The notes beneath the pieces are model-generated. The model worked only from the letters and a program-made list of their open reading frames with translations, was not told where the DNA came from and made no database searches. 39,999 nt of DNA, from the IMG/VR virus record IMGVR_UViG_3300028909_000011; one strand, written 5' to 3'. The stretch's first letter is position 1. Every line of letters begins with the position of its first letter. Below, in pieces: positions 7,536 to 16,490 of the stretch. The position numbers and the translations under genes were made by a program. This DNA is from a virus.

Positions 7536-7784
7536 ATGGCACATGATGGCAAGATTAAAGAGCAGTTGGATGCGATCTACGCAGATGAGCGGGCTATTTT
7601 GCAATTCGATATTTGCAACGATTTGTATAAAGCTCGCTTCAAAGAAAAAACATATTTTGTCAATGATTTCCACTCGATGAAAGAATGCGGAAGGATGGTT
7701 CCGAATGCGTTTTTTGACCTGTCATCAGTTCCATTCGCCGATGTAATGGGCGCCGGGCAAGGCGAGGAGATTGTCCATGTCTGA
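7536..7784 (+). CDS. Hypothetical protein
   Basis: 82 aa. ATG 7536 lies 7 nt after GGAG. Located between the portal and scaffold genes. Confidence 0.5.
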   Translation: MAHDGKIKEQLDAIYADERAILQFDICNDLYKARFKEKTYFVNDFHSMKECGRMVPNAFFDLSSVPFADVMGAGQGEEIVHV

Positions 7785-8733
7785 TGCTCAAACCCCAGAA
7801 GTACGATCTGACGTGGTAGTAGTAACGCCCGACAATTTCGCGCAATACGTCGATGAAAAGATGGGCATCGTCGCCGATACTCCGGAGCAGATCGCCGAGA
7901 AGGAATTAGCCGCGCTCACTGAGACGAAGGCCTCTACCGATGCCGCAAAAATCGCCGAGGAAGACCCTACGCACGATGCTGGCGAACTCCCTGACGAGAA
8001 AAAGAAGGGCATCAACGAACGTTTCTCCAAACTATCGGCAGCGAAGCGGGCAGCCGAGGAAGCGACCACCAAGGCCCTAGCCGATGCTAAAGCCGCGACA
8101 GAGCGCGCCGAGAAGGTAGAGCAAGAAGCCGCTGAATTACGCAATAAGTATGAGCCAAAGAAAACTGAGCAGGACCCAGAGCCCCGCTTCGATCAGTTCA
8201 AGAATTTGGAAGAGTACACGTTGGCCGTAAAAGAATGGAGTGCCGACAATGCGCTGCGCCAACGCGAGAAGCAGATTGCCGAGGACGCCAAGAAATCGCA
8301 ACAGGAGAAGACGATCGCTGGCTGGAATGATCGCCAAGCTGCGGTAAAGGTCGCTATTCCTGATTATGCCGAGACGCTCGCGGCGAGTGATTTAAAGGTT
8401 TCCAATGAAATCCGGGATGCGGTCATCGAATCGGATATCGGCCCGGAAATCCTCTACCATCTCGCCAAGAACCCGGAAATCGTCGCCGAACTGAACGCGA
8501 TGGCACCGGCGAAGGCTCTGATTAAGTTCGGGCGCTTGGAAGTTGCATTAACGCCCAGCACCGAAAAGCCGACTGGATCTGCTAAAGTCGTCGAAGTTTC
8601 CAAGGCCCCAGCACCAATCACCCCATTAAAAGGGTCCTCGTCCGTGACTACCAATGGCCTCGACGCCAAAGGCGAGTTTCACGGGACTGCCGACGAGTGG
8701 CGCAGATTAAGGCAGTCTGGTAAGATAAAGTAA
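7777..8733 (+). CDS. Scaffolding protein
   Basis: 318 aa. Highly charged, Ala/Glu/Lys-rich and helical. ATG 7777 lies 7 nt after GAGGAG. It is directly upstream of the coat gene. Confidence 0.7.
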   Translation: MSDAQTPEVRSDVVVVTPDNFAQYVDEKMGIVADTPEQIAEKELAALTETKASTDAAKIAEEDPTHDAGELPDEKKKGINERFSKLSAAKRAAEEATTKALADAKAATERAEKVEQEAAELRNKYEPKKTEQDPEPRFDQFKNLEEYTLAVKEWSADNALRQREKQIAEDAKKSQQEKTIAGWNDRQAAVKVAIPDYAETLAASDLKVSNEIRDAVIESDIGPEILYHLAKNPEIVAELNAMAPAKALIKFGRLEVALTPSTEKPTGSAKVVEVSKAPAPITPLKGSSSVTTNGLDAKGEFHGTADEWRRLRQSGKIK

Positions 8734-8910
8734 TGGTAATATGCAATAAATAGCGGGGTTTTAAGGTCGTACCCGCCGACATATCAATATCCGCATGGCT
8801 GCGTCATCGGCCCGACACTCCGGCGTAACGGTGGAACATCCAAGAAAGCTCCTTGAGTCAGCAGAGCATGTGCAGTCCGGCATACTTTTCTTAACTTTTG
8901 GAGCTTTATC

Positions 8911-10191
8911 ATGGCAACAGATACCATCCTCACGATGTCCCAGATCACCAACGAATCGTTGATGGTCTTGGAGAATGAAACCGTTTTCGCCGCCGGCGTC
9001 AATCGTAATTATGATGACTCGTTCGGCATCGACGGCGCAAAGATTGGCGATACACTGAATGTTCGCCGCCCTCCGCGCTTCATCGGGACCAGTGGTCCGA
9101 ACCTGAATGTTGAAGATTTCAACCAAACTAGCATCCCGGTTGTCATCGGTAATCCAGCCAAATACGGCGACCAATTCCACGTCGATGTTGCGTTCACCAC
9201 CAAAGACCTGAAACTGTCCCTTGGCGCATTCAGCGAAAACGTCGTCAAACCAGCCGTTGCGGCGATTGCCAATCGCATCGACTATATCGGCCTGCTGATG
9301 GCTAAAAACTCAGTGGCTAACATCGTCGGCACGCCCGGCACGCCGAATTCGTCTCTGCTTACCTACCTGACAGCCGGTGCTTACATGACCGCCGAAGCGA
9401 CCCCGCTGAAGGGCAATCGTTCGATGGTATTGGAACAATTTGGCGGCGCAACAATCGTCGATTCGCTGAAGGGCCTGTTTATCCCGAACGACAAAATCGG
9501 CGCGCAGTTCCGCAGTGGTCTGATGGGGCGCGATTCTGCCGGTATGGATTGGGTGACTGATCAGAACGTACAGAATCAGACCTTTGGCTCTTGGGCTGCA
9601 TCTACTGCTGGAACTTTGACTGGATCGACCAGCGATACTGGCATCTTGACATCAGGCTGGGCTTCAACCAGCACTATTACCCTGACTCAGAGTGCTACAT
9701 TGACACTGAATCAAGGCGATGTGATTAGCATGGCGGGCCTGTATCCTGTCAATCCGCAAAATCGCCAAGTATATGGCACAAAACCACGGACATTCGTCGT
9801 TCAATCGACTGCGACCGGCACGGGTAATGGCACTTTCACTGTGACCGTAGCGCCAGCAATCATCACAGGTGGACAGTTCCAAAACTGCTCCGTGGTGACT
9901 GCCAGCACTACCGCAACCGTTACCCCATATAACATCGGGGTTTCGGGCGCAGGAACTACTTCTCCACAAAACATCCTTCATCACAAAAATGCTTTTACCT
10001 TGGCAATGGCCGATCTGCCGATGCCTCGCGGTGTAGAATATGCTGGCCGTGCATCGAGCAAGGAAGGCGGCATGTCGATTCGTGTGGTGACGCAGTACAC
10101 CATCAATAACGATCAGATGCCAACTCGTTTCGATACGCTATTTGGCTGGGCGCCCCTTTACCAGGAAATGGCGTGCAGGGTCGCTGGTTAA
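8911..10191 (+). CDS. Major capsid protein (P22 coat protein family)
   Basis: 426 aa. N-terminus ...ESLMVLENETVFAAGVNRNYDDSFGIDGAKIGDTLNVRRPPRF matches the P22 coat-family pattern. Gene order fits. Confidence 0.85.
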   Translation: MATDTILTMSQITNESLMVLENETVFAAGVNRNYDDSFGIDGAKIGDTLNVRRPPRFIGTSGPNLNVEDFNQTSIPVVIGNPAKYGDQFHVDVAFTTKDLKLSLGAFSENVVKPAVAAIANRIDYIGLLMAKNSVANIVGTPGTPNSSLLTYLTAGAYMTAEATPLKGNRSMVLEQFGGATIVDSLKGLFIPNDKIGAQFRSGLMGRDSAGMDWVTDQNVQNQTFGSWAASTAGTLTGSTSDTGILTSGWASTSTITLTQSATLTLNQGDVISMAGLYPVNPQNRQVYGTKPRTFVVQSTATGTGNGTFTVTVAPAIITGGQFQNCSVVTASTTATVTPYNIGVSGAGTTSPQNILHHKNAFTLAMADLPMPRGVEYAGRASSKEGGMSIRVVTQYTINNDQMPTRFDTLFGWAPLYQEMACRVAG

Positions 10192-10195
10192 TGGC

Positions 10196-10217
10196 TGCCC
10201 CTGCGGGGGCATTTTTG
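10196..10217 (+). terminator. Rho-independent terminator after the coat gene
   Basis: TGCCCC-tgcg-GGGGCA stem followed by TTTTT, 5 nt after the TAA. Confidence 0.65.
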
Positions 10218-10238
10218 AATTGATTTAGGAGAAATGCA

Positions 10239-10661
10239 ATGGCAACTTCCACCAATCCAGGCCCAGCAACCACGGTTCGCTCGCCTACCCAAACTCTCAA
10301 CTCTAACCAAGCGATTCGCTTGATCGGCGTCGCCAAGGGCGTGAGCCTGAATGCTGTCGCCGATACGGTCATCCCAACAATTGATACCAGTGCGTTCAGC
10401 GTCTCGCAAGTCATCGTCACTAATGCATCAGCCAGCTTGGCGCAAGCTGCTGGCGCGCTTTATACGGCCCCTGCTGCGGGTGGCACTGCAGTGGTTTCAC
10501 CAGCAGCACTTTCTGCCTGCACTACTTCGCTGAAAATCGCTTCGATGACCGTGGCATCCACTGACAACCCAGCTGTGAACAATCTGTATTTCCGCTGCAC
10601 CACCATCAATACGGCGGCTGCGACCTGCGATGTTTATGTGTATGGCTACGATTTTTCGTAA
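10239..10661 (+). CDS. Hypothetical virion-module protein (A/T/S-rich, beta-rich)
   Basis: 140 aa. Good SD (AGGAG). Followed by a terminator. Confidence 0.6.
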   Translation: MATSTNPGPATTVRSPTQTLNSNQAIRLIGVAKGVSLNAVADTVIPTIDTSAFSVSQVIVTNASASLAQAAGALYTAPAAGGTAVVSPAALSACTTSLKIASMTVASTDNPAVNNLYFRCTTINTAAATCDVYVYGYDFS

Positions 10662-10670
10662 TCACAATTA

Positions 10671-10692
10671 ACCCCGCTTTGGCGGGTTTTTA
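10671..10692 (+). terminator. Rho-independent terminator
   Basis: CCCGC-tttg-GCGGG stem followed by TTTTT. Confidence 0.6.
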
Positions 10693-10703
10693 AGGAAAGC
10701 GAA

Positions 10704-11237
10704 ATGTCGAATTCAAAAACTTTAGGCGTCGCCTACACGGACCAGGCAATCGTTGGCGGGTCGGTGGATAACTCCCCGATTGGCGCAGTCACGCCAAGCA
10801 CTGGCGCATTTACTTCCCTGTCTGGATCTTCGTTCTCAGGGAGCGGAGGTCAAATGGTTAGCAATGATCCAATCGATGTTTATGCCCCTGTCGCAATTAA
10901 TGCGACGGCTACAGCTACGGCTGCACAAGTAGCTGCTGGTTATATAACATCGACATCGGCCGCAGCCACCACGATCACTTTGCCGACTGGTACGCTGCTC
11001 GGTGCCGCGCTGGGTGCCAAGCAAGGTACGGTCTTCAATTTGTATATTGATAATACTGCCGGGGCAAATACCGTAACGATGGCGGTTGCGGCCAATGGCA
11101 TCCTATCTGCCGCTGCCGCTGCTGGTTCTGGAGCTGGTGCTGGCCTCCTGACAGTCCCATCTGGAGTGACTGGACAGGCATGCTTTACGCTGATGTTTTC
11201 CAGCGCTACAGCCTATACTTTCTCACGGTCGGCATAA
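10704..11237 (+). CDS. Hypothetical virion-module protein (fibre/decoration-like)
   Basis: 177 aa, Gly/Ala/Ser/Thr-rich. TAATG overlap with the next gene. Confidence 0.6.
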   Translation: MSNSKTLGVAYTDQAIVGGSVDNSPIGAVTPSTGAFTSLSGSSFSGSGGQMVSNDPIDVYAPVAINATATATAAQVAAGYITSTSAAATTITLPTGTLLGAALGAKQGTVFNLYIDNTAGANTVTMAVAANGILSAAAAAGSGAGAGLLTVPSGVTGQACFTLMFSSATAYTFSRSA

Positions 11238-11551
11238 TGTCAGCGACCGATACCTTCAACCCATCCGGAAATAATACGGTCAGTATTTCCGGGTCTTCGA
11301 CGTCCGGATCGGCGACGCTTACGAATCCCATCGCAGGTAACTCACCGAACGTGCGCATTTATAATGCCGGCCCGAATACCGCATTTGTGCGATGGGGCAT
11401 CGGTACGCAAACTGCCATTGCGGCTACGGATATCCCGATCCCGGCTGGAGCTATTGAAAACTTCTTCAAAGGCCAGTCGGACACCTTCGCGGCGATCTGC
11501 GCTGCGACGCAGACGGCAACGATCTATTTCACGCCTGGATCAGGGGTATAG
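11237..11551 (+). CDS. Hypothetical small beta-rich protein
   Basis: 104 aa from the internal ATG at 11237 (TAATG coupling). Confidence 0.55.
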   Translation: MSATDTFNPSGNNTVSISGSSTSGSATLTNPIAGNSPNVRIYNAGPNTAFVRWGIGTQTAIAATDIPIPAGAIENFFKGQSDTFAAICAATQTATIYFTPGSGV

Positions 11552-11552
11552 C

Positions 11553-11762
11553 ATGGGCCTGCGCGCTATTGCAAGCCCATCGTTACCGCTCTCCGTTGCG
11601 AACGGCGGGACAGGTGCATCGGTACTGTCCGGGAATACAGCAGCGCGTCCTGCATCGCCAGCGGTCGGGCAACCATACTACGACACTACCCTTGCGTTAC
11701 CAATCTGGTGCAAATCCACCGGGCCGTCTGTCTGGATAAATTCTGCGGGAGTAACGTCATGA
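11553..11762 (+). CDS. Short tail-fibre-N-terminus-like protein
   Basis: 69 aa. LPLSVANGGTGAS...ARP...GQPYYDTTLALPIWCKSTGPSVWINSAG carries motifs common at tail-fibre N-termini (NGGTGA; Y.DTTL...W). Confidence 0.5.
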   Translation: MGLRAIASPSLPLSVANGGTGASVLSGNTAARPASPAVGQPYYDTTLALPIWCKSTGPSVWINSAGVTS

Positions 11763-12553
11763 GGCGAATTTTTGCTTGTCTTTTGCTATTTTTTTCAGTT
11801 GCGTGTTATGCGCAATTCTCAGTGCCGAATGTTGCGCAGTTTGATAAGAGCGCGAATGCGGCGAATACAGCATGGGTGACGCAGCAATCTGGAAATTACT
11901 CCAACTCATTTATAGCAAGTATTTCTGGAACTTTGCCCTTGACCGATATGGGGGCCGTCATCGTTGTCACATCATCGGGAACTACTCAAACTCTTCCGAT
12001 AGCCTCATCTACATCGGCTGGGTCATCCGTAACGATAGAATCCTTTTTTCCAACAGGATCCACCACAGTCACCATCACCGGTGGCATTAATTTGATCTAC
12101 GGCCCTACTGCCGTGGGGGCGACCACATTTGTTTTAAATGCCGGCGAATCAGCGACATTCACTACTGATCAATATCTGCAATGGGTCATCAGTAACTACA
12201 CATCAACTGTCGGTGTATATCAGTCGATATTGCAGCATTCCGCGCAAGAGGTAGATAAGAGCTACACATTCACCATTCCCACGACAGGCCAGACCATCAC
12301 CCTTGCGACTGGCACTGAGACGGCGATCATCGCTCCAGCCGGCACGCTCGCGGCGCTGACGGTGACACTGCCAGGCTGCACGGCTGGCTACGACGGTTCA
12401 ATTGCACGATTCTCCAGTTCGCAGATCATCACGACGCTGACGGTCAACGCTACCAGCGGGTCAGTCGCTGATGCCCCTGCGAGCCTTGCGGTTGGAGGTG
12501 GTGGCGGGTATATCTGCCGAGGCTCAACCACTACTTGGTATCGGCTATATTAA
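11759..12553 (+). CDS. Fibre-like protein with an N-terminal signal-peptide-like segment
   Basis: 264 aa from ATG 11759 (ATGA overlap). MRRIFACLLLFFSVACYAQ looks like a Sec signal. NTAWVTQQ resembles the fibre ATTAFV motif. Two internal beta-rich repeats. An alternative start is at 11708. Confidence 0.55.
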   Translation: MRRIFACLLLFFSVACYAQFSVPNVAQFDKSANAANTAWVTQQSGNYSNSFIASISGTLPLTDMGAVIVVTSSGTTQTLPIASSTSAGSSVTIESFFPTGSTTVTITGGINLIYGPTAVGATTFVLNAGESATFTTDQYLQWVISNYTSTVGVYQSILQHSAQEVDKSYTFTIPTTGQTITLATGTETAIIAPAGTLAALTVTLPGCTAGYDGSIARFSSSQIITTLTVNATSGSVADAPASLAVGGGGGYICRGSTTTWYRLY

Positions 12554-13276
12554 ATGACTACCCAGCCAATCGCCATCATTCAGAGCGCGTTATCCGGTAT
12601 CGGCGCGCTGGCACCGGGCGAACCGCTTGACCCTGCATTGGCGCAAGATGCATTCCTGATGCTGAATGACATGCTTGATGTGGAATCGAACAATGATTTC
12701 ATGGTGGTGAGCATCAGCGAGATTATTCAAAATATCGGAGGCGGTGGCACAGCCTGGACAATTGGCCCAGGCGCGCAAATCAATGTGGCGCGCCCGCTCA
12801 GCATCAATAGCGCCTTTGTGCGCGTTTCCAGCCTCGATTATCGTGTTGCTGTAATCAATGTTGAACAGTACGAACTGATCGGCCTCAAGCAATTGAATGG
12901 GCCATGGCCCCGTGCTGTCTATTATCAAAGCACGAGTCCCATCGGTACGCTGAATTTCTGGCCGAATCCCTCGTCGGGAGAGATCCATTTATTTGTGAAT
13001 CAGCAGTTCACCAGCTTCGCCACGATCAACGATACAGTGCTTTTTCCGCCGGGGTACAACATGTGGATGCGGTGGCAGCTTGCATTGCTGCTGATGCCAG
13101 GGTATGGAAAAACTGATCCATCACTCGCCTCAATGGTAGAGAAAAATATCACTAAGGCGAAGGCCGCGATCAAGCGCACCAACATGAAGCCGCTTCAGTC
13201 GGCGCAGTTCGACCCGAATATCTGCGATTCTCGGCCTCGTGATGCCGGCTGGTTCCTGCATGGGGGATTCGCATAA
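12554..13276 (+). CDS. Head-to-tail adaptor (P22 gp4-like)
   Basis: 240 aa. IIQSALSGIGALAPGEPLDPALAQDAFLMLNDMLD parallels P22 gp4 LVRAALRKLGVASDATL...MQDAVDDLEAMMAEW. Confidence 0.65.
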   Translation: MTTQPIAIIQSALSGIGALAPGEPLDPALAQDAFLMLNDMLDVESNNDFMVVSISEIIQNIGGGGTAWTIGPGAQINVARPLSINSAFVRVSSLDYRVAVINVEQYELIGLKQLNGPWPRAVYYQSTSPIGTLNFWPNPSSGEIHLFVNQQFTSFATINDTVLFPPGYNMWMRWQLALLLMPGYGKTDPSLASMVEKNITKAKAAIKRTNMKPLQSAQFDPNICDSRPRDAGWFLHGGFA

Positions 13277-14718
13277 TGCCTAACTTCGATGGATTCGTCG
13301 GCGGGGCATATGAAGCGCCATCGATCTATCAGGATGCGCAGGAATGCATCAACTGGTATTGCGAGATTGACTCTACCAAGAAAGAAGGTGAGCGCGGCGT
13401 CATTGCGCTTTACCCGACTCCCGGCAAGATACTGCAATTCACTTTCCCTGACCTGCTGGAAGTCCGTGGATTCTATGTCCTTGAAGGCGGCTTGCAAATG
13501 CTGGCGGTATGCGGACCTTCACTTTATCTGGTGAATGCGTCGCTGGTGGCAACATTCATCGGATCGCTGCTATCATTTTCTGGTCCGGTTTCGATATCAG
13601 ACAATCGGATCGAGGCTTTGATTGTTGATGGAGCCAATCGCTATTCATATTCCATCGCTGCGCAAACTCTTTCGGTAATCGCATCAAGCGATGGCGCATT
13701 TGTAGGCGGCAATGTGGTCGATTTCGCCGATGGATTTTTTGTCTATAACCAGCCGAATAGCAATATTTGGGCGGCCTCATCTCCGTTAGGATCTGATACA
13801 CCGGCATTGAGCTTTGGCAGCAAGGGGTCCTCACCCGACAATATCGTCACCATTATCGCGGACCATCGCGAGGTTCTGCTGATAGGTGAGAAAACGACCG
13901 AGGCATGGATCAACGTCGGGGCCTTCCCATTCCCATTCCAGATCATCCCCGGAACATCATTTCAGCATGGCTGCGCGGCCCAGTGGAGTCTTGCGCGTCT
14001 TGGCGAGTCAACTGCATGGCTGGCGCAGGATACGCGCGGTCAGGCCGTGGTGGTACAGATGGCTGGCTATCAGCCAAAGCGCATTTCCACGCATGCGGTC
14101 GAGGTCGATATCATGAATGGCGTCATCAGTGATGCAATCGCTTATACCTACAATCAGGAGGGGCACGAATTTTATGTTCTAACCTTCCCGACTCAGGATA
14201 AAACTTGGTGCTATGACCTAGCCACGCAGCTATGGCACAAACGGGCTGAGCGCGACAATCTGAATGTGCTACATCGGGATAGCGGAAACTGCCATGCTAT
14301 TTTTCAAGGAATGCATCTCGTCGGGGACTTCCAGAATGGGAATGTCTATTCCCTCGATCTGAATACTTATACCGACAATGGTGCGCCGATCCTGCGCATG
14401 CGCCGCGCTCCGCATATGACAGTCAATCTCAATAGGGTATTTTACGACTCGCTCCAGATTCAGTTTCAGCCAGGCGTCGGAATACCGAGCGGACAGGGTT
14501 CGGACCCCCAAGCGATGCTGCGCTGGTCCGATGATGGTGCTTCGACTTGGTCGGCATATTACCCGCTTCCGATTGGAAAGATAGGGCAATTCAAAAATCG
14601 CTGCATTAAACGAAAAATGGGTTTCGCTCGGGACCGAGTTTATGAGGTAACGATTACTGACCCGGTGCGCGCCGTGATTATCTCTGCCGAAATTGAAGCA
14701 ACCGCAGGGAGTAGCTGA
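13276..14718 (+). CDS. Tail hub / packaged-DNA stabilisation protein (P22 gp10-like)
   Basis: 480 aa (P22 gp10 is of similar size as I recall). Position after the gp4-like gene. The C-terminal pattern ...RCIKRKMGFARDRVYEVTITDPVRAVIISAEIE resembles the gp10 C-terminus. Confidence 0.55.
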   Translation: MPNFDGFVGGAYEAPSIYQDAQECINWYCEIDSTKKEGERGVIALYPTPGKILQFTFPDLLEVRGFYVLEGGLQMLAVCGPSLYLVNASLVATFIGSLLSFSGPVSISDNRIEALIVDGANRYSYSIAAQTLSVIASSDGAFVGGNVVDFADGFFVYNQPNSNIWAASSPLGSDTPALSFGSKGSSPDNIVTIIADHREVLLIGEKTTEAWINVGAFPFPFQIIPGTSFQHGCAAQWSLARLGESTAWLAQDTRGQAVVVQMAGYQPKRISTHAVEVDIMNGVISDAIAYTYNQEGHEFYVLTFPTQDKTWCYDLATQLWHKRAERDNLNVLHRDSGNCHAIFQGMHLVGDFQNGNVYSLDLNTYTDNGAPILRMRRAPHMTVNLNRVFYDSLQIQFQPGVGIPSGQGSDPQAMLRWSDDGASTWSAYYPLPIGKIGQFKNRCIKRKMGFARDRVYEVTITDPVRAVIISAEIEATAGSS

Positions 14719-15128
14719 TGAGCACCGGTTTCGGAATACCGCTCCCAAGCTCTAAATTCGTCTCGCCTGACGGAATGATATCGCGTGATTGGTATCTTTT
14801 TTTAAGTGCGCTGTTGCAATCGGTCGGGGGGCCGTCAGTAGTGAATATAATAACGCCATCGGCTGGCGGCTCAACGCCGGGCGGCGTACCAACGACGATT
14901 GAGCTTCAGACGCTTATCGAAGATACCCCACCTTCCAGCCTTGAGGCTTTGGCGGCATTGCAGGCAATAGATGAATTGCGGAATACTCAGCAGATTGGGA
15001 TTGACCCGCGAATCAACGATCTGATGTTGATGATTGACGAGCTGAGAAATAATTTAGATTCCGCATTGACCAGTAATCAGGCTTTGCGGCTACGCATAGA
15101 AACCTTGGAAGCACAGACACTTATATGA
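14718..15128 (+). CDS. Coiled-coil tail needle/plug-like protein (gp26 position)
   Basis: 136 aa. The C-terminal half has heptad-like, Leu-rich repeats (LEALAALQAIDELRN...LMLMIDELRNNLDSALTSNQALRLRIETLEAQ). Confidence 0.45.
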   Translation: MSTGFGIPLPSSKFVSPDGMISRDWYLFLSALLQSVGGPSVVNIITPSAGGSTPGGVPTTIELQTLIEDTPPSSLEALAALQAIDELRNTQQIGIDPRINDLMLMIDELRNNLDSALTSNQALRLRIETLEAQTLI

Positions 15129-15469
15129 CAATTTCCTACGCTAAGTTCTTCCAGCCGACCGTGCTGTCGGGGTCGAATGCCATTTTATTCACCGTGGCCG
15201 CACCGCAGCCAGCATCAACACTTCTGCGTGGTGGCCGCGTGCGCCTAACCAATGTTACGGCATCACCGGCAACCGTCACACTGAATGCGGTTCCTTCAGG
15301 CGGCTCGCTGCTTACCGGTAACGAATTCCTTGCCGCTCAATCCATTCCCGCGAATACCTACCTCGACGTTGATCTGCCAATTCTGGCGTTTGGAGATTCG
15401 CTGCAAGGTCTTTCCGGAACAGCCAGCGCGATAAATATTTGCATCATCGCGGGGAGTTACTTCTCATGA
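15125..15469 (+). CDS. Hypothetical small beta-rich protein (gp14 position)
   Basis: 114 aa. ATGA coupling on both sides. Confidence 0.55.
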   Translation: MTISYAKFFQPTVLSGSNAILFTVAAPQPASTLLRGGRVRLTNVTASPATVTLNAVPSGGSLLTGNEFLAAQSIPANTYLDVDLPILAFGDSLQGLSGTASAINICIIAGSYFS

Positions 15470-16035
15470 AAAACTTTCAATTGGTCGCATCTGGTGTCGA
15501 TATTATGCCACTGCTACTCGCCATCAAGCGCCGGGCCGACCTATGGAAAGAGGATACCTATCTGCGCGATTATCCGCAGGGGCCGTTCAAGCAAATCGAA
15601 TCGATCATGCTGCGCTTTCCGACCAAGGGAGTTTATGAGACTGAGGAAGAATTGCAGAACCATCTCAGTACCTACGACCAGCACGAAAATGTTGATTATC
15701 CAGCCTATAAGACACTGCCAGAAGCCCGGCAAATCGTCATGGCGCTGATGTCCCGCGTCGGCGGTGAGCGTCTGGGCCGCGTGATGATCAACAAAATCGC
15801 GCCGGGCGGCGTCATTTTCCCGCACGTCGATACGAAGTCGCATACTGATTATTACAGCCGGTTCCATGTTGTTTTGCAGAGTCAGCCCGGCGTCGTTTTT
15901 CGCGCTGGAGATGAATCGATTCACATGCAGACCGGGGAGTCGTGGTGGTTCGATAATAGCCAAGAGCATGAGGTTATCAACAATAGCGCAGATGATCGAA
16001 TCCATATGATTGTCGACATAAGGACTTCAAAATGA
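15466..16035 (+). CDS. Aspartyl/asparaginyl beta-hydroxylase family (cupin Fe(II)/2OG dioxygenase-like) protein
   Basis: 189 aa from ATG 15466. GGVIFPHVDTKSH...YSRFHVVLQS...GESWWFDNSQEHEVINNSADDRIHMIVD matches the Asp_Arg_Hydrox family core (PH.D...R.H..L...FD.S..H.V.N.S...R). Confidence 0.75.
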   Translation: MKNFQLVASGVDIMPLLLAIKRRADLWKEDTYLRDYPQGPFKQIESIMLRFPTKGVYETEEELQNHLSTYDQHENVDYPAYKTLPEARQIVMALMSRVGGERLGRVMINKIAPGGVIFPHVDTKSHTDYYSRFHVVLQSQPGVVFRAGDESIHMQTGESWWFDNSQEHEVINNSADDRIHMIVDIRTSK

Positions 16036-16487
16036 TCACCGCGCATATTGAATCATTCGAGCAGCGCCTGCCGGAATTACAGGTGCTATTGCCGGATCAC
16101 TACAAAGAACTCGCGCTCGATCAGGAGCACGTCCCGCTTGATCCGCAATATGAGATTTATGTGCAGCGTGAGCGGCAGGGTGAATTGATGTTCGTTACCT
16201 TGCGTGATGCGGGTGCGCTTGTGGGCTACCTTATCGCATTTGTTGCCCCTGGCCTGCATTACAAAACATGTCTGACCTGCATTACTGACATTTTCTATAT
16301 CCGCAAGGACAAACGCAAGGGCAACGCAGGCGTCAGATTGTTTCGTTTCGCAGAGGCAGAATTGCGTCGGCGCCGCGTGCGTCGCTGGTTCATGGGGTCG
16401 AAAGTCCATGCCGATGCAAGCGCTCTATTTAAGCGAATCGGCGCGCGCCCCGTCGAGACGACTTACAGCAAGTGGCTTGGAGATTGA
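16032..16487 (+). CDS. GNAT-family N-acetyltransferase
   Basis: 151 aa. ...LVGYLIAFV...DIFYIRKDKRKGNAGVRLFRFAEAEL...LFKRIGARPVE is a GNAT motif-A-like R.G.G segment. ATGA overlap with the hydroxylase gene. Confidence 0.7.
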   Translation: MITAHIESFEQRLPELQVLLPDHYKELALDQEHVPLDPQYEIYVQRERQGELMFVTLRDAGALVGYLIAFVAPGLHYKTCLTCITDIFYIRKDKRKGNAGVRLFRFAEAELRRRRVRRWFMGSKVHADASALFKRIGARPVETTYSKWLGD

Positions 16488-16490
16488 TTG

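Noticed and set aside
11708-11762. A programmed -1 frameshift fusing the 69-aa fibre-like ORF to the downstream 264-aa ORF.
   Set aside because: The overlap contains no X XXY YYZ slippery heptamer. An ATGA stop/start overlap explains the arrangement.
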